From: Mycobacterium tuberculosis H37Rv
Lineage (GTDB): Bacteria; Actinomycetota; Actinomycetes; Mycobacteriales; Mycobacteriaceae
Length of the DNA stretch: 32,000 nt
Assembly: GCF_000195955.2 (NCBI RefSeq)
Contig: NC_000962.3
Span: 330,001-362,000 of the forward strand
Reading direction: 5' to 3'
The translations under genes and the position numbers were made by a program. Position 1 is the first letter of the stretch. Every line of letters starts with the position of its first letter. A model generated the notes under the pieces. That model searched no databases. It was not told where the DNA came from and saw only the letters and a list, made by a program, of their open reading frames with translations. Below, piece after piece: positions 1-9,363 of the stretch.

Positions 1-325
1 CGCTGATCGCTTCTGCGAGGCGGTTGCGGTAGGTGTACCAATGGGCGGCAGCGGCTTCATACGCGCGCTCGCGGTCGGATAGGCCGTGCCGGATCACCGA
101 CAATGCCCGCTGGTTGGCGTCGTCGCGGAAGCGCAGCGCCCACTGCCGGACCATCGCCTCTTTGGAGTCGTAGTAGTTGTAAAAGGATGCCGCCGAGCGG
201 CCGGCTTCGGCGGTGATGTCGGCGACGGTGGTCGCCAGGATTCCGTTGCGCACCACGACCGTCCGCGCGGCGGCGTCGATTGCGGCCTGGGTCCGCCGAC
301 CGCGTTGCGTCGGGAAGTCCGGCAC
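1..325 (-). CDS. TetR/AcrR family transcriptional regulator, N-terminal part (runs off the window start); matches the Rv0273c position
   Basis: Reverse-strand frame absent from the ORF track reads (GTG start at 325) VPDFPTQRGRRTQAAIDAAARTVVVRNGILATTVADITAEAGRSAASFYNYYDSKEAMVRQWALRFRDD..., a typical TetR helix-turn-helix N-terminus; open to position 1. Confidence 0.88.
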   Translation of the reverse strand, partial: MPDFPTQRGRRTQAAIDAAARTVVVRNGILATTVADITAEAGRSAASFYNYYDSKEAMVRQWALRFRDDANQRALSVIRHGLSDRERAYEAAAAHWYTYRNRLAEAIS

Positions 326-348
326 CTGGGCACCTCCCTGGAACAAAA

Positions 349-370
349 CTGAACCTGATGTTAGATTCAG
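349..370. promoter_or_regulatory. Candidate TetR-family operator in the divergent region before the TetR gene and the VOC gene
   Basis: CTGAACCT-gatgtt-AGATTCAG: 8-bp arms with 7/8 complementarity, between the divergent starts at 325 and 422. Confidence 0.4.
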
Positions 371-421
371 ATTCAGAGCTTGGCCAGGCCGCCGTCCCGG
401 GGAGCCAATGGGAGCCGCACG

Positions 422-1003
422 ATGATCAAGCCGCACAACACCAACACCGAATTCGAGCTTGGTGGGATCAACCACGTCGCGCTGGTGTGTTCGGACATGG
501 CGCGCACCGTGGACTTCTACAGCAACATCCTGGGGATGCCGCTGATCAAGGCGCTCGATCTGCCCGGCGGCCAAGGGCAGCACTTCTTCTTTGACGCCGG
601 CAACGGCGATTGTGTCGCCTTCTTCTGGTTCGCCGATGCACCTGATCGGGTGCCCGGTCTTTCGTCGCCGGTTGCCATCCCCGGCATCGGCGACATCACC
701 AGCGCGGTGAGCACCATGAACCATCTGGCGTTTCATGTACCCGCCGAAAGGTTCGACGCCTACCGGCAGCGGCTCAAGGACAAAGGCGTGCGGGTCGGCC
801 CGGTGCTCAACCATGACGACAGCGAGACGCAGGTGTCCGCGGTGGTGCATCCCGGTGTGTACGTACGCTCGTTCTACTTCCAGGACCCCGATGGGATAAC
901 TCTGGAATTCGCTTGCTGGACAAAGGAATTCACTACGAGCGACGCGCAGGCCGTGCCGAAGACGGCGGCTGACCGGCGACCTCCGGTGGCTGCGGATCGT
1001 TAG
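422..1003 (+). CDS. VOC (glyoxalase/bleomycin resistance/dioxygenase) superfamily protein, 193 aa (Rv0274-like)
   Basis: ORF 380..1003 with likely start MIKPHNTNTEFELGGINHVALVCSDMARTVDFYSNILGMPL; typical VOC N-terminus 'INHVALVCSDMARTVDFYSNILGM' and C-terminal 'FYFQDPDGITLEF'. Confidence 0.88.
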   Translation: MIKPHNTNTEFELGGINHVALVCSDMARTVDFYSNILGMPLIKALDLPGGQGQHFFFDAGNGDCVAFFWFADAPDRVPGLSSPVAIPGIGDITSAVSTMNHLAFHVPAERFDAYRQRLKDKGVRVGPVLNHDDSETQVSAVVHPGVYVRSFYFQDPDGITLEFACWTKEFTTSDAQAVPKTAADRRPPVAADR

Positions 1004-1658
1004 CCCCGGATTTGGCAGCTGTTGCCGCTACCCGGGGACGGGACAAGTTTGGGTCGGTGAGTTCATCGAGCAGCGCAGCTAGCTGATCGACCAGCTGGTC
1101 GGGATCGAGTCGCACGTCACCGGCCAGCCAGGCGCTGATGGTCTGCCCGACGCCGCCGACGGCGAAGTGTGCGACCGCCTTGACGTGGTCATTTGCCGGT
1201 GCGTGCAGGGTGTCGACGGCATGTTGGCCGGACAGCATGGCGAACAGGGCGCTGGATTCCGCACGCTTGCGGGTGATCACTGCGTTGGCCAGCTGTGTGC
1301 TGAACAGCAGGCGTCCGACGCGGGCGTCTGCGGTGATGGTCCGCACGATGTTGGCCATGCCCGCGCGAGTCTGCTCCCGCGCCGGTACCGCCGTGACCGC
1401 GGCCTGAGTGGTGGCGACCAGCTCGGCCACCACCCAGTCGAACACGCGGCCGACGAATTCGTCCTTGTCGGTGAAGCTTTCGTAGAAGTAGCGCACCGAC
1501 AGGCCGGCCCGCCGGCAAATGGTGCGGATGGTTAGCTCGGCGATGTCGTGCTGGTCGGACCCCAACAGGTCCAGGCCGGCAGAGAGCGACTGGCGACGGC
1601 GCGTCGCCAGTCGCTCGGCGGCCTCGACGCCGCGGTAGGGTCGATCACTGCGCGTCAT
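933..1658 (-). CDS. TetR/AcrR family transcriptional regulator, 241 aa (Rv0275c-like)
   Basis: ORF 933..1667; 'LTIRTICRRAGLSVRYFYESFTDKDEFVGRVFDW' is a TetR HTH. Start chosen at MTRSDRP. Confidence 0.88.
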   Translation of the reverse strand: MTRSDRPYRGVEAAERLATRRRQSLSAGLDLLGSDQHDIAELTIRTICRRAGLSVRYFYESFTDKDEFVGRVFDWVVAELVATTQAAVTAVPAREQTRAGMANIVRTITADARVGRLLFSTQLANAVITRKRAESSALFAMLSGQHAVDTLHAPANDHVKAVAHFAVGGVGQTISAWLAGDVRLDPDQLVDQLAALLDELTDPNLSRPRVAATAAKSGANDPQPPEVAGQPPSSARPARRS

Positions 1659-1747
1659 ACGGATCATCTTGACACTCGGGCACGATACCGGCCAATATCA
1701 GGATACAGGTGTTTCCATAATTAGCGGCAGCGCCGGGAGGCCTTCGG

Positions 1748-2668
1748 ATGGCGATTTCGCTGGTGGCTCACCAGCCCATCCCCCACGTCGAGCGTCCCAT
1801 GGCCGACCCACCCCGTCTCCAGCTGGCCAGGCGCCGGCGATCGGCGGCCGGCCCCGGCGGTAACGAGGACAGCTTGATGGGAGTGGCGCTGCTAGCCGGC
1901 CCGGCCAACGTGATCATGGAGTTGGCGATGCCGGGTGTCGGCTACGGCGTGTTGGAGAGCCGTGTCGAAAGCGGCCGGCTGGACCGCCATCCGATCAAGC
2001 GGGCGCGCACCACCTTTACCTACGTTGCGGTGGCCGTTGCCGGCAGCGACGACCAGAAGGCGGCCTTTCGTCGCGCGGTGAATAAGGTTCACGCGCAGGT
2101 GTATTCGACTCCGGAGAGCCCGGTGTCCTACCACGCGTTCGATCCCGAACTACAGCTGTGGGTGGCGGCATGCCTCTATAAGGGCGGCGTCGACGTCTAC
2201 CGCACCTTCGTCGGCGAGATGGACGACGAAGAGGCCGACCATCATTACCGCGCGGGCATGGCGATGGGCACCACGTTGCAGGTGCCGCCGCAGATGTGGC
2301 CACCGGATCGGGCGGCCTTCGACCGCTACTGGCGGCAATCACTGGACAGGGTGCACATCGATGACGTCGTTCGCGACTACCTGTATCCGATCGTGGCGCT
2401 CCGAATTCGCGGGATCGCACTGCCGGGTCCGCTGCGGCGGCTGTCGGAGGGTATCGCGCTGCTGATCACCACCGGTTTCCTGCCGCAGCGGTTTCGCGAC
2501 GAGATGCGGTTGCCGTGGGACGCGACCAAGCAGCGGCGCTTTGACGCGCTCATGGCCGTGCTGCGCACGGTGAATCGCCTGATGCCGCGGTTTGTCCGGG
2601 AGTTCCCGTTCAACCTGATGCTCTGGGACCTGGACCGGCGGATGAGGCGCGGGCGCCCGCTGGTGTAA
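1748..2668 (+). CDS. Oxygenase MpaB/DUF2236 family protein, 306 aa (Rv0276-like)
   Basis: Full-length ORF; 'DRHPIKRARTTFTYVAVAVAG' and 'VYSTPESPVSYHAFDPELQLWVAACLYKGGVDVY' resemble the DUF2236/MpaB family. Confidence 0.75.
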   Translation: MAISLVAHQPIPHVERPMADPPRLQLARRRRSAAGPGGNEDSLMGVALLAGPANVIMELAMPGVGYGVLESRVESGRLDRHPIKRARTTFTYVAVAVAGSDDQKAAFRRAVNKVHAQVYSTPESPVSYHAFDPELQLWVAACLYKGGVDVYRTFVGEMDDEEADHHYRAGMAMGTTLQVPPQMWPPDRAAFDRYWRQSLDRVHIDDVVRDYLYPIVALRIRGIALPGPLRRLSEGIALLITTGFLPQRFRDEMRLPWDATKQRRFDALMAVLRTVNRLMPRFVREFPFNLMLWDLDRRMRRGRPLV

Positions 2669-2707
2669 TCGCCGGCTTCGCGTGGACCGTTGCCGGTAGA
2701 CCGCTCG

Positions 2708-3136
2708 CTAGATTGGCGGGCGAATATGGCGCACAGAGGCAAACCGGGCGAAATCCCTATCCAGGCTCACCACGGCGCAGTGATGCTCCACGGCGATGGC
2801 CCCGAGTACCGCGTCAGGTATCAAGTCGCCCGATGCGTCGGCCTCGTCGCAGAGTTTTCGCAGCAGCACCAGGTGTCTGGGGCCGGGGCTTGTCGGAAGG
2901 TGATGGGGCTGGGCGTTGACGGCTTCGACGAATGCGAATGCATCCGCTCGTGGTGACGGAATCTCGAAGATGCGTCGATTCGTTGTTAGCCGGAGGAACG
3001 ACGCCCACACTAGGTTCGGCACTGTGAAGGGGTCGTCGGCCGCAAGCAGTCGATCGAACCAGGGGCGGACGGTTCGGTGATTCGGATGGTCACCGCGGTG
3101 TGCAGCCAGCAGCACGTTGACGTCGATGAGGAACAT
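2708..3136 (-). CDS. vapC25: PIN-domain ribonuclease toxin VapC25, 142 aa
   Basis: [17 protein letters not shown]... with later acidic residues ([22 protein letters not shown]) typical of a PIN domain; preceded by a VapB-like frame on the same strand. Confidence 0.88.
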
Positions 3137-3159
3137 CGCCTATTTGTGCCTGTCCAGGC

Positions 3160-3417
3160 TCACTTCCGCGAGTTCAGTTCCAGACCCTCGTCGAGCACTT
3201 CGGACAACACCGTATTCGAGGTTAGGTCGATACCTGGCCGCGGACCGGTGCCGGCGTCAAAAACGGGGACGGTTGGCCGGGCGCCGCCGGTACGGGCGGC
3301 GGCGAGCTCCCGCCGAAGGGCGTCTTCGATCACAGCGCCCAGCGATTAACCACGCTCGCGGGCCCGGCGTTTGGCGGTAGCCAGTAGTTCATCCGAGATT
3401 GACACGGTGGTGCGCAT
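3160..3417 (-). pseudogene. vapB25: VapB25-like antitoxin frame (85 codons) interrupted by an in-frame TAA at codon 24
   Basis: Reverse strand from ATG at 3417: [84 protein letters not shown], ending at TGA 3162..3160, just upstream of vapC25. The stop is + strand 'tta' at 3346-3348. Confidence 0.72.
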
Positions 3418-3436
3418 GATGCTCAGGATAGCGCAT

Positions 3437-6310
3437 CTACGGCATCATCTGCGGTGAGCAACTGATGCCCTCAACGCCGCGTGTGGTCGCAGGTCTGCCT
3501 GCTATGGCAAGCCGTTGAGTCCGTTCTCGCCGAGCAGCAGCCCGCCGGTGCCGCCGGCACCGGGCGTGGCCCCGGCTTTGCCGGCGTTGCCGCCGTTGCC
3601 GCCGTTGCCGATCAGCACGGCGTTGCCGCCGACACCACCGCTGCCGCCGGTACCGGCGCCAAACCCGCCGGCAACCCCCGTCACCGCCGTTGCCGAACAC
3701 CCCGGCGTGGCCACCGTCACCGCCGGTGCCGCCGGTACCGGCGCCTAGAGCGTTGGCACCGCTGCCGCCGGCGCCGCCGGCGCCGGCGGAGCCGAAGAGC
3801 AAGCCGCCGTTCCCGCCGGCGCCGCCGGCGCCGCCTTGCTGGATGCTGGTAAGTGCTGCCCCGCCGTGCCCGCCGGCGCCGCCGGCGCCGCGGAAGCCGA
3901 AGAGTAAGGCGCCGTTCCCGCCGGTTCCGCCGGCCCCGCCGGCAAGGGAGCTGGCGCCACCGCTGCCGCCGGCGCCACCGGAGGCGCCGAGGGAGAGTAG
4001 GCCGGCGTTGCCGCCGTGCCCGCCGCCGCCGGTGGTGATCCCGGACCCTCCCGAGCCGGCGGCGCCGCCGGTGCCGCCGGCTCCGAACAGTCCGCCGTTC
4101 CCGCCGTTCCCACCGGCCCCGAAGTTCGTGCCGGCCCCGCCGGTGCCGCCAGTTCCGAACAGTCCGCCGTTCCCGCCGTTCCCGCCGGCTGCGTTGAACC
4201 CGCCGGCCCCTCCGGCTCCGCCGTTGGCGAACAGTCCGCCGTTGCCGCCGGCGCCGCCGACGCCGGCCGGGACACCGCCAGCGGCGCCGTGGCCGCCGGT
4301 GCCGGCCGCGCCGAAGAGCAAACCGGCGTCGCCGCCGCGCCCGCCGGCCCCGCCGATGCCAGCGACGCCTATGGAGTTCCCACCGTTGCCGCCGGTGCCG
4401 CCGGAGCCGATCAGCAAGGAGACCCCACCGGCGCCGCCGGCCCCGCCGATCCCTCCAGCACCGGTGGCTATCCCGCCGGTCCCGCCATTGCCACCGGTAC
4501 CGAACAAGATCCCGCCGGCCCCGCCGGCCCCGCCCGTAGCCGTGGCGGCGGTGTTGGTCGCACCGTGCCCGCCGTTACCGCCGTTGCCGAACAACCACCC
4601 GCCGGCCCCGCCGGCAGCCCCGGTCCCCGGGGTCCCGTTGGCGCCGTTGCCGAACAGCCACCCGCCGGCCCCGCCGTCAGCCCCGGTTCCAGGAGTCCCG
4701 TTGGCGCCGTTGCCGATCAGCGGGCGGCCGGTGAGCGTCTGGAAGGGCTCGTTCACCACATTGAGCACATTTTGCTGCAGGGTGTGCAGTGGCGAGGTGC
4801 TCGCGGGAGCATTGAATCCGTCTAGACCGAGCAGCAGCCCGCTGACGCCGCCCACTCCGGCCTTGCCCGCGCCAATCCCACCGCTACCGCCGTTACCGCC
4901 ATTGCCGATCAACACGCCGGTGCCGCCGATCCCGCCGTTGCCGCCGGTCACCGCGCTGGCGCCACCGTTACCGCCGTTGCCGCCGTTACCGATCAGCCCG
5001 GGGGTGCCGCCAGCCCCACCGATCCCGCCGGCGAAGCCCTGGCCAACTCCGCCGTTGCCGCCGGCGCCGCCGGAGCCGAAGACCGTGCCGGCGTTGCCCC
5101 CGGGGCCGCCTTGCCCGCCGTCGGCGAAGCCGAATCCGCCGGCGCCGCCGGAGCCGCCGGAGCCGAAGAGCAGCCCAGCGTTGCCGCCGGCGCCGCCGGC
5201 GCCGCCTATGCCGCCGGCCGTGAGAGTACCGCCGTCCCCACCGATTCCGCCGGCGCCGCCCGCGGCGCCGAGGGCGAGCATGCCGGCATTGCCGCCGGCC
5301 CCGCCGTCCCCGCCGGCGACCAGGCTGTGTCCGCCGCTGCCGCCTTCCCCGCCTGCGCCGAACAGCCCGCCGGCCCCGCCGGCCCCGCCGACTCCGCCGA
5401 AGCTGCTGTCGGCGAACCCGCCATGCCCGCCGGTGCCGCCGGCGCCGAACAGCCCGCCAGCGCCACCGGCCCCACCGGCCCCGCCGGAGCTGCCGGCCCC
5501 ACCGGATCCGCCGACCCCGCCGGTGGCGAACAGCCCGCCGGCCCCGCCGGCGCCGCCCGCCCCGCCGAGTGCACTGCCGTTCGTGAATCCGCCGGCCCCG
5601 CCGACTCCGGCGGCGCCGAAGAGCAGGCCGGCGTTGCCGCCAGCCCCGCCGGCGCCGCCGGCCCCGCCCGTGAGGGCTACTACGCCGCCGCCGGCGCCGC
5701 CGGCGCCGCCGGCGCCGAACAGCATGGCGTTGCCGCCGGCTCCGCCGGACCCGCCGATCCCACTGCTGGCGACCCCGCCAGCGCCGCCGGCGCCGCCGTT
5801 GCCGATGAGCCCGCCGGCGCCGCCGTTGCCGCCGGCGCCGCCGTTGCCGCCGGCGCCGCCGTTGACGCCGGCCGCGCCGGATCCTCCGGCGCCGCCGTTG
5901 CCGATTAACCAGCCGCCGTCCCCGCCATTGGCCCCGGTGCCGGGGGCGCCGTTGGCGCCGTTGCCGATCAACGGGCGCCCGGTATTCGCCAGGAAGAACT
6001 CGTTGATCGGATCCAGCAGCGGCGACACCGCGGCGGCCTCGGCGGCCGCATAGGCGCCGCCACCGGAGGTCAATGCCTGCACGAACTGGGCATGAAACGC
6101 CTGCGCTTGGGCGCTGAGCGCCTGATAGGCCTGGCCGTGGGCGCCGAACAGCGCGGCGATGGCTGTCGACACCTCGTCGGCGCCCGCGGCCATCAGTGCC
6201 GTGGTGTTGGCCGCCGCGGCTGCGTTTGCCGCGCTGATGCTCGATCCGAGACTGGCCAAATCCGTTGCCGCTGCCGCGATAACCTCTGGCGCCGCAATCA
6301 CAAACGACAT
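3437..6310 (-). CDS. PE_PGRS3: PE_PGRS family protein PE_PGRS3, 957 aa, with an Arg-rich C-terminus
   Basis: PE domain [33 protein letters not shown]..., long GGAGG/GGNGG repeats; size and position match Rv0278c. Confidence 0.93.
4598..4723 (-). repeat. Two tandem copies of a 63-bp unit in PE_PGRS3
   Basis: The block starting 'cccgccggccccgccg' at 4598 recurs at 4661; it encodes [12 protein letters not shown](D/A)GGAGGWLF twice. Confidence 0.8.
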
Positions 6311-6378
6311 CTGACACCTCCCAATACGCATGACCGCTCTGTCATGCCGACCCGGGGAACGTCACCAGCAAAAATCGG
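6290..6378 (-). repeat. Copy 1 of the upstream/start region duplicated between PE_PGRS3 and PE_PGRS4 (copy 2 about 9053-9141)
   Basis: 'catctgacacctcccaatacgcatgaccgctctgtcatgccgacccggggaacgtcaccagcaaaaatcgg' occurs identically before both genes. Confidence 0.85.
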
Positions 6379-6559
6379 CAGTAAGAAGCATCCCATTTCC
6401 AGCGACAACACCTGGGGGGTTTTGGTCAAACTCTGGTAAGCGACTTCGTGTACCGGGTGAACCCGGTGTGTCTTGAAGGACAGCCCGCAGGCTGATGCTG
6501 GGGGATCTGGGCCGGCCGACCATGGCTGGCCGGCTGTTGGTCTGATGGCCGGTTCGCGG

Positions 6560-9073
6560 TTACAGGCCGTTGAGCCCGTTCTCGCCGATGATCAGCCCGC
6601 TGGTGCCGCCGGCGCCGGGTGTGCCGCCGGCTTTCCCGCCGTTGCCGCCGTTGCCGCCGTTGCCGATCAGCACGGCGTTGGGGACCGAGCTCGAATTCCC
6701 ACCGGTGTCAGCGCCAAACCCGCCGGCGCCGCCGTCGCCGCCGTTGCCGAACACCCCGGCCGTACCGCCGTCACCGCCGGTGCCGCCGCTGCTGCCGATG
6801 CCGCTGGAGCCACCGGTGCCGCCGGCACCGCCGAAGCCGAAGAGCGAGCCGCCACTGCCGCCGTTCCCGCCGACCCCGCCGGTCCCGCCGACATTTAAGG
6901 CGCTGCCGCCGCTGCCGCCGGCGCCGCCGGAGGCGCCGAGGGCGAGTAGGCCGGCGTTGCCGCCGCTGCCGCCGTTGCCGCCGAAGGTGCCGCCGCTGCT
7001 GCCGCCAGCACCGCCAGTGCCGCCGGCGCCGAACAGCCCGCCGTGCCCCCCGGCGCCGCCGTCGGCGCCGAGCGTGCCCGCCCCGCCGGTGCCGCCGGCG
7101 CCGAAGAGCAATCCGTTCCCCCCGGTCCCGCCATTCGCGCCAAACCCGCCGGCCCCGCCGGCCCCGCCGTTGGCGAACAGCCCACCGGTACCACCGGCTC
7201 CGGCGGTGCCGCCGGCACCGATAAAGTTTTGGGAGAGGGCGGCCTGGCCGCCGGTCCCTGCGGCACCGAGGAACAAGCCGGCGTCACCGCCGCGCCCGCC
7301 GGCCCCGCCGGTGTCCAGGCCAAACCCGCCGCTGCCGCCGGTGCCGCCGGAGCCGATCAGCAAGGCGGCTCCGCCGGTCCCGCCGGTCCCGCCTTGGCCC
7401 GTCGTTCCGATGCCGCCGGACCCGCCGGTGCCGCCAATACCTGACAGGATTCCGCCGGCCCCGCCGGATCCGCCGTCTCCGCCGTCGGCGCCGGTCGCTC
7501 CGTGGCCGCCGTTGCCGCCGTTGCCGAACAACCACCCGCCGGCCCCACCGTCGGCCCCGGTCCCCGGAGTGCCGTTGGCGCCGTTGCCGATCAGCGGTCG
7601 CCCGGTGAGGGCTTGGGTGGGCTCGTTGATCGCGTTGAGGATTTGTTGCTGCAGGGTGTGCAGTGGCGTGCTGGCGGGGGCGTTGAATCCGTCTCGACCT
7701 AGTAGCTGCCCGCCTAAGCCGCCGGCGCCGGCCGTGCCGGCGGGTGCGCCAGTGCCGCCACTACCACCGTTACCGCCATTGCCGATCAGCACGCCGCTTC
7801 CGCCGGCGCCGCCGGCGGCGCCGGCGCCGTTCGCGCTGGCGCCGCCGTTGCCGCCGTTGCCGGCGTTGCCGACGAGCCCGGGCGCGCCGCCGGCCCCACC
7901 GGTTCCGCCGGCGCCCGCGAAGGACCCGCCGCCGGCGCCGCCGGCACCGCCCGCCCCGATGAGCAGACCCGCCTTTCCGCCGGCGCCGCCCGCCCCGCCG
8001 GCGTCGAAGCCCAGCCCGCAGACGCCGCCGGCGCCGCCGGAGCCGAACAACGTGCCGCCGTCGCCTCCGATCCCACCGGCACCGCCGCCACCGTCCGGGT
8101 TGGATCCGCCGCTGCCGCCGGCGCCGCCGGCGGCACCGAGGCTGAGCATGCCGGCGTCGCCGCCGGCCCCACCGTTCCCGCCGACGTTGATTATGCTCGT
8201 CCCGCCACTACCGCCGGTGCCGCCGGCGCCGAACAGCCCGCCAGAGCCGCCATCCCCGCCGGCGCCGCCGCCAAAGATGCCGAATCCGCCGGGCCCACCG
8301 GTGCCGCCGGCGCCGAACAGCCCGCCGTTTCCGCCGGATCCGCCGGCCCCGCCGGTGCCGGCGTCGGTTGCCCCGCCGGCGCCACCGACCCCGCCGTCGG
8401 CGAACAGCCCGCCGTTTCCGCCGGCCCCGCCGGCGCCGCCGGTGGCGCCGAAAGCGGCTGCGAATCCGCCGGGACCGCCGACCCCGGCGGCCCCGAACAG
8501 CATGCCGGCGGCCCCGCCGGCGCCGCCGGCGCCGCCGGTCCCCGTGCTGGCCCTCCCGCCGGCGCCGCCGGCGCCGCCGTTGCCGATGAGCCCGCCGGCG
8601 CCGCCGTTGCCGCCGGCCCCGCCGTTGACGCCGGCCGCGCCGGATCCTCCGGCGCCGCCGTTGCCGATTAACCAGCCGCCGTCCCCGCCATTGGCCCCGG
8701 TGCCGGGGGCGCCGTTGGTGCCGTTGCCGATCAGCGGGCGCCCGGTATTCGCCAGGAAGAACTCGTTGATCGGGGCGAGCAGCGGCGAGGTGGCGGCGGC
8801 CTCGGCGGCGGCGTACGCGCCGCCACCGGAGGTCAACGCCTGCACGAACTGGGCATGAAACGCCTGCGCTTGGGCGCTGAGCGCCTGATAGGCCTGGCCG
8901 TGGGCGCCGAACAGCGCCGCAACCGCCGTCGAGACTTCATCGGCACCCGCGGCCAGCAGTGCTGTGGTGTTGGCCGCCGCGGCCGCGTTGGCCGCGGCGA
9001 TGCTCGACTCGAGACTGGCTAAATCCGTTGCCGCTGCCGCGATAACCTCTGGCGCCGCAATCACAAACGACAT
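6560..9073 (-). CDS. PE_PGRS4: PE_PGRS family protein PE_PGRS4, 837 aa
   Basis: PE domain [33 protein letters not shown]..., PGRS repeats, C-terminus ...[12 protein letters not shown]; size and position match Rv0279c. Confidence 0.93.
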   Translation of the reverse strand: MSFVIAAPEVIAAAATDLASLESSIAAANAAAAANTTALLAAGADEVSTAVAALFGAHGQAYQALSAQAQAFHAQFVQALTSGGGAYAAAEAAATSPLLAPINEFFLANTGRPLIGNGTNGAPGTGANGGDGGWLIGNGGAGGSGAAGVNGGAGGNGGAGGLIGNGGAGGAGGRASTGTGGAGGAGGAAGMLFGAAGVGGPGGFAAAFGATGGAGGAGGNGGLFADGGVGGAGGATDAGTGGAGGSGGNGGLFGAGGTGGPGGFGIFGGGAGGDGGSGGLFGAGGTGGSGGTSIINVGGNGGAGGDAGMLSLGAAGGAGGSGGSNPDGGGGAGGIGGDGGTLFGSGGAGGVCGLGFDAGGAGGAGGKAGLLIGAGGAGGAGGGSFAGAGGTGGAGGAPGLVGNAGNGGNGGASANGAGAAGGAGGSGVLIGNGGNGGSGGTGAPAGTAGAGGLGGQLLGRDGFNAPASTPLHTLQQQILNAINEPTQALTGRPLIGNGANGTPGTGADGGAGGWLFGNGGNGGHGATGADGGDGGSGGAGGILSGIGGTGGSGGIGTTGQGGTGGTGGAALLIGSGGTGGSGGFGLDTGGAGGRGGDAGLFLGAAGTGGQAALSQNFIGAGGTAGAGGTGGLFANGGAGGAGGFGANGGTGGNGLLFGAGGTGGAGTLGADGGAGGHGGLFGAGGTGGAGGSSGGTFGGNGGSGGNAGLLALGASGGAGGSGGSALNVGGTGGVGGNGGSGGSLFGFGGAGGTGGSSGIGSSGGTGGDGGTAGVFGNGGDGGAGGFGADTGGNSSSVPNAVLIGNGGNGGNGGKAGGTPGAGGTSGLIIGENGLNGL

Positions 9074-9323
9074 CTGACACCTCCCAATACGCATGACCGC
9101 TCTGTCATGCCGACCCGGGGAACGTCACCAGCAAAAATCGGCGGGCTACAGAATAACTCCGGCCCGGGAAAGGGATTTGGTATTTCCCAAAATATCTCCC
9201 ACATTTATGCGGTCGGCGCGTCGGCCGACGGGAGCTGGCAGCACCCGTGGGCCGGCGCCGAGCGTTCGCTGGTGTCCGGCTGGGACTTGCATTGCGGCGC
9301 GCCGTGGTGTGGAATAGTGGTAA

Positions 9324-9338
9324 TGAAAATCATGTTCA
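9324..9338. promoter_or_regulatory. Candidate Zur box upstream of PPE3
   Basis: TGAAAATCATGTTCA, an imperfect palindrome 25 bp before the PPE3 start; identical 15-mer at 11947..11961. Confidence 0.7.
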
Positions 9339-9363
9339 TCAGTCCTCTGTGGTGTTTACGGCT

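Noticed and set aside
3690-6053. 787-aa + strand ORF rich in Pro/Ala (PPAPPAPP...)
   Set aside because: Exactly antisense to PE_PGRS3; open because of GC-rich Gly-codon repeats, with no start context or recognisable domain.
4986-6317. 443-aa - strand Arg-rich ORF
   Set aside because: Out-of-frame reading of PE_PGRS3 repeats. Unlike the tail at 3437-3680, it is not in the frame that continues from the PE domain.
6570-8858. 762-aa + strand Pro-rich ORF
   Set aside because: Antisense to the PE_PGRS4 repeats; same artefact as above.
3437-9073. Dense short GC-rich repeats resembling a repeat array
   Set aside because: These are PGRS codon repeats (Gly-Gly-Ala/Asn) with no constant direct repeat and unique spacers, so not a CRISPR array; no cas genes are present.
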